Shown one piece after another: positions 48,608 through 56,781 of a stretch of 64,000 nucleotides of DNA. The position numbers were made by a program, and so were the translations under genes. The notes beneath the pieces were generated by a model. That model did no database searches and had not been told where the DNA came from. It saw only the letters and a list, made by a program, of their open reading frames with translations. Source of the DNA: a bacterium. Lineage in GTDB: Bacteria; Zhuqueibacterota; Zhuqueibacteria; Residuimicrobiales; Krinioviventaceae. How positions within the stretch are numbered: the first letter of the stretch is position 1; the number at the start of each line of letters is the position of its first letter. The DNA is taken from contig CAXXFV010000015.1 of the NCBI GenBank assembly GCA_963674595.2, positions 128,001 through 192,000 of the forward strand. Direction: 5' to 3'.

Positions 48608-48663
48608 TTGCTATATTTCCGACATTTTTGTACCTTAATTTTTCCATATAACGAAATTGTAGT
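48608..48663 (+). promoter_or_regulatory. Sigma70 promoter of the activator gene overlapped by operator pair 4
   Basis: TTGCTA (48608), 17 nt spacer, TACCTT (48631); sites CCGACATTTTTGTACC and ATAACGAAATTGTAGT, 29 bp apart. Confidence 0.65.
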
Positions 48664-48683
48664 TTTAATGAAAGAATTAAATT

Positions 48684-50246
48684 ATGGCAGCCCCCAAACA
48701 ATCAAAAAACAAGTCAGAAAATATGCCTTTAATGAAAAAATTATCAATTTTAATTGAAATTAATCAGGCTGTCAGCAGGGGTTTAAATTTACAAGAGTCT
48801 TTAAATGCGGCACTTAAAATTTTGGCAAAGTCATATAATATAAAATCAGGCGCTATTTTTTTAACCAATGAAAATGAAAATACTCTTACAATGATGACTT
48901 CAATTGGTTATCGTTCAGAAATTGCAAAAACAACCTATGAAATGGGTGAAGGTCTAACAGGAAAAATTGCAGAAACGGGTAAACCCATTATATCTCCCCA
49001 AGTCAGCAAAGAACCACTGTTTTTAAATCGTATGAGTTCTTTTGACCCGCAAAGTGACCGGGAGCAATCTTTTATTGGCGTTCCAATTATTTTTGATTAT
49101 AAAACAATAGGGGTTTTGATTGGTAATTTACCTTTTAATTCAAGACGAGATTATGATGGCGCTTTGAAATTTTTGACTCTTGTGGCTTCTGCATTGGTCC
49201 AACCAATTCGTTTACAACATGTGATTCAAATGGAACGGCAACGCCTTTTGGATGAGAATGTTATGTTAAAGCAGAAACTTCAGGATGAATATCGGTTTCA
49301 TAACATTATCGGAAACAGCCATGAAATGCGTGATGTATATGAAAAAGTAACACAGGTGGCCAGGGCAAATACTAACGTATTGATAAGGGGAGAGTCGGGA
49401 ACCGGAAAAGAGCTGATTGCCCAGGCAATCCATTATAACTCTTTACGTCAGGACAAACCCTATATAAGAGTCAATTGTGCCGCTATTCCGGAAAATTTAA
49501 TAGAGTCAGAATTTTTTGGCTATGAAAAAGGTGCTTTTACAGGGGCTGTTGCACGTCGAAAAGGTCGGTTTGAACTGGCAAATAGTGGAACCATTTTTCT
49601 TGATGAAATTGGTGATTTGAGTCCTATGACGCAGGTGAAATTACTTAGAGTCATTCAGGAGCAGGAATTTGAACGAATCGGTGGCACTGAAACACTTCAA
49701 GTTGATGTGCGTATTGTAGCGGCGACAAATGCCGAACTGGAATATAAAATTGAAGATGGTACTTTTAGAGAAGATTTATATTATCGGTTAAATGTTTTTT
49801 CCATATACCTGCCTCCTTTACGCGAAAGAAAGTCTGATATTCTTTTACTGGCAGACCATTTTATGTTAAAATATGGAAGAAAACATGGCAAGGCTATTAA
49901 AAGAATTTCCACCCCGGCTATTGATATGCTCATGAGATACCATTGGCCGGGTAATGTCCGTGAGCTGGAAAACTGTATAGAGCGCGCTGTGCTTGTTTGT
50001 GAAGATCAGGTTATACATAGTTACCATTTACCACCTACTTTACAAACAGCAGAGAGCAGCAATACCTTGCCTCAAAAATCTTTAGTTAAGGCTGTTGCTT
50101 CTTATGAACGGGACATGATTCAGGATGCACTCAAGTCAACGAACGGAAGTAAGGCCAAAGCTGCACGGTTGTTAAATGTTACGGAACGAATTATTGGATA
50201 TAAAATTGATAAATATAATATTGATGTAAAACGGTTTAAAAGCTAA
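48684..50246 (+). CDS. Sigma54-dependent transcriptional activator, GAF-AAA+-Fis HTH (NifA-like architecture)
   Basis: GAF region ([19 protein letters not shown]), [31 protein letters not shown]-terminal HTH; no receiver domain. Confidence 0.93.
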   Translation: MAAPKQSKNKSENMPLMKKLSILIEINQAVSRGLNLQESLNAALKILAKSYNIKSGAIFLTNENENTLTMMTSIGYRSEIAKTTYEMGEGLTGKIAETGKPIISPQVSKEPLFLNRMSSFDPQSDREQSFIGVPIIFDYKTIGVLIGNLPFNSRRDYDGALKFLTLVASALVQPIRLQHVIQMERQRLLDENVMLKQKLQDEYRFHNIIGNSHEMRDVYEKVTQVARANTNVLIRGESGTGKELIAQAIHYNSLRQDKPYIRVNCAAIPENLIESEFFGYEKGAFTGAVARRKGRFELANSGTIFLDEIGDLSPMTQVKLLRVIQEQEFERIGGTETLQVDVRIVAATNAELEYKIEDGTFREDLYYRLNVFSIYLPPLRERKSDILLLADHFMLKYGRKHGKAIKRISTPAIDMLMRYHWPGNVRELENCIERAVLVCEDQVIHSYHLPPTLQTAESSNTLPQKSLVKAVASYERDMIQDALKSTNGSKAKAARLLNVTERIIGYKIDKYNIDVKRFKS

Positions 50247-50385
50247 ATTATTTTAAAATAGAATTATTATTTGTTTTGTTATAGATTTAAAAGATTATGA
50301 ATCTGATTTAAAATCATCTATTCTTTAGTTAATATTTATGTGTATATTTGTATGAAAAGATTAAGTGTTAAAATCGACAAATTTG

Positions 50386-50414
50386 TTGCATCACAGACAA
50401 CTTTTTTTTATCTT
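50386..50414 (+). promoter_or_regulatory. Putative sigma70 promoter of the outer-membrane protein gene
   Basis: TTGCAT, 17 nt spacer, TATCTT (same hexamers as the rpmE promoter). Confidence 0.5.
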
Positions 50415-50503
50415 GAGATAGATGTTTGTTTAAATAAATGGCAATGTTAAAGAAACCAGGTTAAATTCCTGGATGGGATCAACTCAAATAAAGGTATCCA
50501 AAA

Positions 50504-51710
50504 ATGAAACGACTTTATTTTATTTTTACTTGTGTCATTTCATTGACCTGTTGGATTTCGTTGAGTCATGCAATTGAGTTTGGATTGGGAACTTTGCATG
50601 TCGGCTCTGCAGCAACAATTGCTAAAAAGGGATTGAATATCGGAACACATTCTCATGCATTTTTTAAAGATGAGATGAATCAACTTTCAGACGGCACCTC
50701 TAAAGGTGAAACCTACTGGGATGTTCAAGGGCGATTGGGGTTAGTCTATGGCTTTACGGAAAAACTGGAACTAGGATTGTCCTACATTATGTATCAGGAC
50801 AACCATAAGGGCGGTGACGGATATAACTTTCCGGATAATTTATTATTACGTGTGAAACTGGGGTCCCTGGGACCGCAAACAAGTTCCATGCGTTTTGGTT
50901 TGCAGGGTAATTTTCGGTTTCCAACGACAAACAAGTACAATTTACCGCTGGAACCCTATTCTGCTGATCGAATTGGCGTTGGTCTGACGGGTTTGTTTTC
51001 CATTTTATCTGATCCGTTATACCCGGAATATGGATTTAATTTACACGCTAATTTGGGATTTTTTAATCATAATGATTTTGGACTCACCATGACCGATGTT
51101 CCAACTGATACGATAACGGCAACTGAAAATACCAAAGAACTTTTATATGGTATTTCTGCGGCCAAAAAAATTCAACATTTTAATCTTTATGCAGAAATTT
51201 ATGGAAGCACATTTCTGACAGAACCTCCTATAACAGCCTATACCAGGGAAAGCAGTTTGTATTTTTCTCCCGGCATCACCTATCAATCCAGCCGGACGAT
51301 GAGTTTTAATGTTGCCCTGGATTTGCGACTTATTGGAAATGATGATAAAACTGTCTACTCTGGCTCCCAGGGAAGTATTTTTGAAAAAACCCTGGAAAGA
51401 TGTACCCAATTTACCAAGTTGGCGTATTAATATAGGTGCAACGTTTGCGATACGAAGAGGGCTGGATAATAAATATTCGATAAATGAATACCAGCAAAAT
51501 ATTCCGCAAGCCGAATCTTCCCAGGTAGATCAGGATATTTATATGAACCTGGCAAAGGAGCGTGAAAAAACTGAAAATGCCGAAGCAGAGTTGGAACGAA
51601 TTCGTTCCGAACGGCAGAGGATGGAAGATTTATTAAAGCGTTTACGTGGTTTGCTGGATCCTGAAAAAACAGCTCCCCAAAGCAAGAAAATAATCAAGAA
51701 TAAAATATAA
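50504..51710 (+). CDS. Putative outer-membrane beta-barrel protein with C-terminal coiled coil, split by an apparent +1 frameshift
   Basis: Signal peptide and amphipathic beta strands; A6 run at 51384-51389; the +1 frame continues KPWKDVPNLPSWRINIGATF (further strand) and then the coiled coil EREKTENAEAELERIRSERQRMEDLL. Confidence 0.6.
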
Positions 51711-51735
51711 AAAAGGAGACACTAGTCTCCTTTTT
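51710..51735. terminator. Bidirectional terminator between convergent genes
   Basis: AAAAAGGAGAC-ACTA-GTCTCCTTTTT, overlapping the glyQS stop codon. Confidence 0.75.
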
Positions 51736-53041
51736 CTATTTTCTGAAATAAAAAGTTTTGAATTTCATCGATTTTAATTCGGCTCTGTTGCATTGTGTCG
51801 CGATCTCGAACTGTCACAGTGTTGTTTTCGAGGGTTTCTGTGTCAACTGTAAAGCAGAAGGGCGTACCTGCTTCGTCCATTCTTCGATAACGACGACCAA
51901 CCGCACCGCTTTCATCATAAAATACATTGTAATATACTTTGAGATCATTATAGATTTTTTTAGCAACTTCCGGCATATTGTCTCTTTTGACAAGCGGGAA
52001 AATAGCTGCTTTGATCGGTGCCACAGCCGGTGAAAAATGTAATACTGTTCGGGTGTCTTTTTCCAATTGTTGTTCTTCAAATGCGTCAGCAAGAACTGTC
52101 AGCAATGTTCGATCACAACCGGCGGAAGTTTCAACTATGTAAGGTATATATCGTTCACGAGTCAGGTCGTCAAAATAGGTCATGTCCTTACCGGAAAATT
52201 CCTGATGGCGATTTAAATCATAATCGGTTCGGTTGTGTATACCTTCAAGTTCTTTCCAGCCAAAAGGAAATTCATATTGAATGTCATAGGCATCAGATGC
52301 ATAATGTGCCAGTTCATCAGGGCCGTGTTGGTGGTAGCGCAATTTTTCCGGTGTTAATCCCAGGGCCTTGTAATACTCCATACGGTCGGCTTTCCAGGTG
52401 TTAAACCATTCCACATCACTACCGGGTTTGACAAAAAACTGCATTTCCATTTGTTCAAATTCGCGGGTACGGAAAATAAAGTTTTCTGTTGTAATTTCAT
52501 TTCGAAAGGCCTTGCCGATTTGTGCTATTCCAAAAGGAACTCTTTGACGTGAGGATTGATGTACGTTAAAGAAATTAACATAAATTCCCTGGGCTGTTTC
52601 CGGTCTAAGGTAAACTACATTAGCCTCTTCTTCTACCGGTCCCATGTATGTTTTAAACATGAGATTGAACTGTCTGGATTCGGTTAGTTCTCCGCCACAA
52701 TCCGGGCATTTACTTGTATCTTCCAGTAAATCTTCACGAAATCTGTGTTTACATTTTTTACAATCAACTAATGGGTCCGTAAAACTTTCAACATGGCCGG
52801 AGGCAATCCAGACACGCGGGGCCATGAGTATGGATGCATCAAGTCCCACGATATTATCATGCTTTTGGACCATCCATTTCCACCAAAAATTTTTAATATT
52901 TTTTTTCAGCTCTGCACCAAGCGGACCATAGTCATAACAACTGGCTAAGCCGCCATAGATTTCGCTGGATTGAAATATAAATCCACGCCGTTTACATAAC
53001 GAAACAATCTTGTCCATTGTTGTTTCAACTTTTTTTGCCAT
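51722..53041 (-). CDS. glyQS: Glycine--tRNA ligase, alpha2 homodimeric type
   Basis: LCKRRGF, YDYGPLG, LRPETAQG, FRNEI, FRTREFEQME, ETSAGCDR, C-terminal anticodon-binding domain. Confidence 0.96.
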   Translation of the reverse strand: MAKKVETTMDKIVSLCKRRGFIFQSSEIYGGLASCYDYGPLGAELKKNIKNFWWKWMVQKHDNIVGLDASILMAPRVWIASGHVESFTDPLVDCKKCKHRFREDLLEDTSKCPDCGGELTESRQFNLMFKTYMGPVEEEANVVYLRPETAQGIYVNFFNVHQSSRQRVPFGIAQIGKAFRNEITTENFIFRTREFEQMEMQFFVKPGSDVEWFNTWKADRMEYYKALGLTPEKLRYHQHGPDELAHYASDAYDIQYEFPFGWKELEGIHNRTDYDLNRHQEFSGKDMTYFDDLTRERYIPYIVETSAGCDRTLLTVLADAFEEQQLEKDTRTVLHFSPAVAPIKAAIFPLVKRDNMPEVAKKIYNDLKVYYNVFYDESGAVGRRYRRMDEAGTPFCFTVDTETLENNTVTVRDRDTMQQSRIKIDEIQNFLFQKIEKGD

Positions 53042-53052
53042 GATATTCCTTT

Positions 53053-53838
53053 CTATGTATCGCTTTGTTTATTTTTTTCAAAATCATTTGATAACTGGTT
53101 TAAATATTTTATTGATTTTAAATCGTTTAAATTATCTATATGAACGTTTAAATAGTTTGACAGGAACATATCCATTTCCTTACCAATTGCAGATGTTACT
53201 TTAATTTTATCAGACCTGGAGACAGCGTTTTTCTGAAGCCAGCGAAGAAATTCCAATGCTTTAAATGATAAAGCAAATTCTCGTTGGCTGCTGCAGTTTT
53301 CACAGCAGTAATTTCCATTTTCCATGTTAATAAATATAGGACCCTGATGGGTCTGTTCCGAACATATTGAGCAACTGTTTAATTTTGGTTCAAATCCGGA
53401 AATTGATAAAAAAGTCAGGTAAAAATTTCGCAAGATATTTTTCTGGCCTTTTTGTGATTTTTCCAGAGTATTTAAAAATTCAATCAATAAATTAAACACT
53501 GCTGTATTACAATGATCATCTTCTTCTGTTTTATCAATCAGCTCACAGGGAATAGCAGCCAGGGCCATTTTCCCCAATTGGGCGTGAATGTCAGGAAAAG
53601 AATGAATAATATCCGCTTCACGCAGATACTGCAGGCTGCGTTGTTCTTTTCGGTATATTATAATTGAAATATAATTTAAAGTCTCTAATGCACCAAGATA
53701 TTTTGATTTAATACTTCTGGCGCCTTTGGCAATAACACTTATTTTACCAAAGTTTTTTGTATATAACGACAGTATTTTACTTGTTTCGCCCTGTTTCCGG
53801 GTTCGAAGAACAACAGCTTCTGTCTTAATTATGGCCAT
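53053..53838 (-). CDS. recO: DNA repair protein RecO
   Basis: TEAVVLR...GETSKIL..YT..FGKI..IAKGAR; zinc finger CSIC...CENC. Confidence 0.92.
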   Translation of the reverse strand: MAIIKTEAVVLRTRKQGETSKILSLYTKNFGKISVIAKGARSIKSKYLGALETLNYISIIIYRKEQRSLQYLREADIIHSFPDIHAQLGKMALAAIPCELIDKTEEDDHCNTAVFNLLIEFLNTLEKSQKGQKNILRNFYLTFLSISGFEPKLNSCSICSEQTHQGPIFINMENGNYCCENCSSQREFALSFKALEFLRWLQKNAVSRSDKIKVTSAIGKEMDMFLSNYLNVHIDNLNDLKSIKYLNQLSNDFEKNKQSDT

Positions 53839-53845
53839 TTTATGT

Positions 53846-55204
53846 TTATTTTATCCAATTTATATATGTGGTAACGGAAATCAGATAAATGAACAAACCT
53901 AAAACATCATTACAGGTTGTTATAAACGGACCTGTAGCAATTGCAGGATCGATATTGATTTTATTGAGTAAAAAAGGTGCTGTTGCGCCGACAGTAGCGG
54001 CTATTAATATAACAAGCATCATGGCTACGGCAATAGCCAAACCAAAATCGGGTTGTTGGAACATAACCCACACAACAATAAAAATCATAGAACTCAGGAC
54101 AAAACTGTTGAGAAAAGCGACCTTGATCTCCCGGAAAAAACGTTCCCAAATTCTGGACGTACCGCCTTCTGACAGGGCAATGCTTCGGACGACAATTGTG
54201 CTGGATTGAATTCCGGCATTTCCGGCCATGGCCATTATTACCGGAATAAAAAAGGAAATAGAAATAATTTGCTGGATGGAAGCTTTAAAGTGGTTTAAAA
54301 CGGATATACCGCCAATTTCTCCGATAAACGCAATAATAAGCCAGGGAAGTCTGAAACGTGCGATACGAAAAGTTGATGTTTCCTGAAGGACTTCTTCTTC
54401 CGAAATACCTGCCATACGTTGCATATCTTCAGTTGCTTCTTCCTGTAAAACATCGACAATATCATCGATGGTAATACGGCCGACAAGGCGGTTATAAGCA
54501 TCGACAACAGGAACAGCAACAAGGTCGTATTTACGTACCAGGTTTGCCACTTCTTCCTGGTCTTTTTCGACTGTTACGGAAATAACATCCAGGTCCATAA
54601 TCTCGCGGATGAGGGTTTTGGCTTTACTGAGGATAATTTGTTGAAGCGAAACAATACCTACCAGGCGTCCGCCCCGGTCGATAGCATAAATATAGTAAAT
54701 ATCTTCAATTTCATCTGCTTTTTCACGGATTTGCTGAATGGCGTCGTCAACGGTTTCATCATCATAAACGGTAACAATTTCCAGCGCCATGATACCACCG
54801 GCTGATTCCTCATCGTGCAATAACAATTTTTGCACTTCAGCGCGGTCCTGAGTGTCAACAAGGGCCAATACTTCTTTTGCCCGTTGTTCCGGAAGTTCAG
54901 ACACAACATCTGTGGCATCATCAGAGTCCATTTCATCGACAATGGCTGACAGTCGTTCCGTTTCAACAGAGGTAACAATCAGCTCACGCGTAACTTCATC
55001 AAGTTCTAAAACAACATCTGATGCAATTTCTGGTTTAATAAGGCTGAACAGAAATATTTTTTCATCATCATCCAGGTCTTGAATAATGTCTGCCAGGTCC
55101 GCCGGATGTGTATCAATAATGATGTTTTTAAGCTTTGGTTCATCTCTGACATCTAAAAGATATCGGATGTTTTCCACGATTTCTTTTCGATCGTTTGTTT
55201 CCAT
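53846..55204 (-). CDS. mgtE: Magnesium transporter MgtE
   Basis: HPAD N-domain, CBS pair, RLPWL, GNAGIQS, DPAIATGPFITT..DV. Confidence 0.95.
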   Translation of the reverse strand: METNDRKEIVENIRYLLDVRDEPKLKNIIIDTHPADLADIIQDLDDDEKIFLFSLIKPEIASDVVLELDEVTRELIVTSVETERLSAIVDEMDSDDATDVVSELPEQRAKEVLALVDTQDRAEVQKLLLHDEESAGGIMALEIVTVYDDETVDDAIQQIREKADEIEDIYYIYAIDRGGRLVGIVSLQQIILSKAKTLIREIMDLDVISVTVEKDQEEVANLVRKYDLVAVPVVDAYNRLVGRITIDDIVDVLQEEATEDMQRMAGISEEEVLQETSTFRIARFRLPWLIIAFIGEIGGISVLNHFKASIQQIISISFFIPVIMAMAGNAGIQSSTIVVRSIALSEGGTSRIWERFFREIKVAFLNSFVLSSMIFIVVWVMFQQPDFGLAIAVAMMLVILIAATVGATAPFLLNKINIDPAIATGPFITTCNDVLGLFIYLISVTTYINWIK

Positions 55205-55213
55205 AATGACGTC

Positions 55214-55996
55214 CTATTTTGCAAAAGAATTTGCAAAATCAATCCATTCATCCGTAGTCAATTGTTCGGGGCGACGTGATAAATCAAAGTGAGCCTGATT
55301 ATCATCAATGAGAAAGTCTTTAAGAGATTTTCTAAGCATTTTACGTCGTTGTCCAAACGCTGTTTTAAGAATTGTTTTAAAAATTTGCAGATCATGAATT
55401 TTATTTATTCTCTTGTCGGTAAATTTCCAGGTAACCAGAGAAGAATCCACTTTAGGCTTTGGATAAAAAACCGTATTTGGAACGTGAAAATGAATGTCGA
55501 CATCTGCAAATATTTGGCTAATGATGGCCAAAATTCCATAATCTTTTGTATTCGGTTTTGCTACAGTACGAAGAGCAACCTCCTTTTGAATAAGCATTGT
55601 CAGGTCTATCGTTTTTCGGGTACGTTCAAAAACTTTGAACATGATTTGGCTGGTAATATGATAGGGAATATTACCATAAATACGAATTGTGCTGTCGGGC
55701 GCAATTTCTTCAAGATTTATTTTAAGAAAATCATCATGAATGATGATAAATTTTTCTAAAGAATCAAATTTAATTTTCAGTTGTTCATAAAGACGTTTGT
55801 CTATTTCAACTGCGTATAACTGTTTAACCAGAGGTAATACATGTTCCGTCAATACGCCGTATCCCGGCCCGATTTCCAGCACAATGTCTGATGATGTAAA
55901 ATTCAGTGCTTTAACAATATTTCGGGTTGTATTCTGGTCTTTTAAAAAATTTTGTCCTAAACTTTGTTTAGGCGCATAGGATACGGGTGTATTCAT
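55214..55996 (-). CDS. rsmA: 16S rRNA m6,2A dimethyltransferase
   Basis: LGQNFL, EIGPGYG.LT, NIPYHITS, PKPKVDS, QRRKMLR. Confidence 0.95.
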   Translation of the reverse strand: MNTPVSYAPKQSLGQNFLKDQNTTRNIVKALNFTSSDIVLEIGPGYGVLTEHVLPLVKQLYAVEIDKRLYEQLKIKFDSLEKFIIIHDDFLKINLEEIAPDSTIRIYGNIPYHITSQIMFKVFERTRKTIDLTMLIQKEVALRTVAKPNTKDYGILAIISQIFADVDIHFHVPNTVFYPKPKVDSSLVTWKFTDKRINKIHDLQIFKTILKTAFGQRRKMLRKSLKDFLIDDNQAHFDLSRRPEQLTTDEWIDFANSFAK

Positions 55997-56781
55997 TCTT
56001 CATTAACAAGTTCAATGTTAAAAAGGTCAAGCGCGTTTGCTGTTGTTATTTTTTGGACCTCGGAAATCGGTATATTTTTTTCATGGGCAATTTTTTGCGC
56101 AATATAATTTACAAAAGCCGGCTCATTACGTTTTCCGCGTTGGGGAACAGGCGCCATAAAAGGACAATCTGTTTCTACAAGCAAACGTTCCAACGGAATG
56201 TTTTTCATAACCTGGGTTGAACGCGAATTTTTAAATGTAATAGTGCCTGTGAATGAAATATAAAATCCTAACTCCATGACTTTATCAGCCATTTTTTCAT
56301 CACCGGAAAAGCAATGAAAGACGCCGCGCCAGCCGGATTTCTGACGTTCTTTTAACAGAGTTATAATGTCATCGTCCGCATCACGTGTATGAATGATTAA
56401 AGGCTTTTCTGTTTCCAAAGACCAATTGAGAAATTTGCGCAACAGCTTTCGTTGAGTTTCTATTGGTGACAGATATCTGTAATAATCCAAACCAACTTCA
56501 CCGATAGCCACCACTTTGGGGTGGTTTATAAGTTCTTTCAACTCTTCCAGGTCCTGCTGCTCTGCTTTTCCCACGTCATGCGGGTGAACTCCAGCCGTTG
56601 CAAAAACATTGGTAAATTGTTCAGCAATTTGAATAGATTTTTGCGTAGTAGGTAAATCTATACCTACGTTTATAATGCCTGCTACTCCGGATTCTTTGGC
56701 GCGGTAAACAACATCCTGTCGGTCCGCATCATATTGCTGAAAATCAATGTGTGCATGTGTATCAATTAACACATTTGTCAT
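55993..56781 (-). CDS. tatD: TatD family deoxyribonuclease
   Basis: DTHAH, GVHPH, GEVGLDY, HTRDA, HCFSG, ETDCPF. Confidence 0.94.
   Translation of the reverse strand: MTNVLIDTHAHIDFQQYDADRQDVVYRAKESGVAGIINVGIDLPTTQKSIQIAEQFTNVFATAGVHPHDVGKAEQQDLEELKELINHPKVVAIGEVGLDYYRYLSPIETQRKLLRKFLNWSLETEKPLIIHTRDADDDIITLLKERQKSGWRGVFHCFSGDEKMADKVMELGFYISFTGTITFKNSRSTQVMKNIPLERLLVETDCPFMAPVPQRGKRNEPAFVNYIAQKIAHEKNIPISEVQKITTANALDLFNIELVNEE

Noticed and set aside
45544-48663. Treating the regularly spaced 16-bp repeats as a CRISPR array or iterons
   Set aside because: They are degenerate palindromes occurring only in pairs next to promoters, with no identical direct repeats, spacers, cas or rep genes.
48684-50246. 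Calling the activator nifA, implying nitrogen fixation
   Set aside because: No nif genes are in the window, and the repeated upstream motif is ACA-N4-TGT rather than TGT-N10-ACA. Only the domain architecture is NifA-like.
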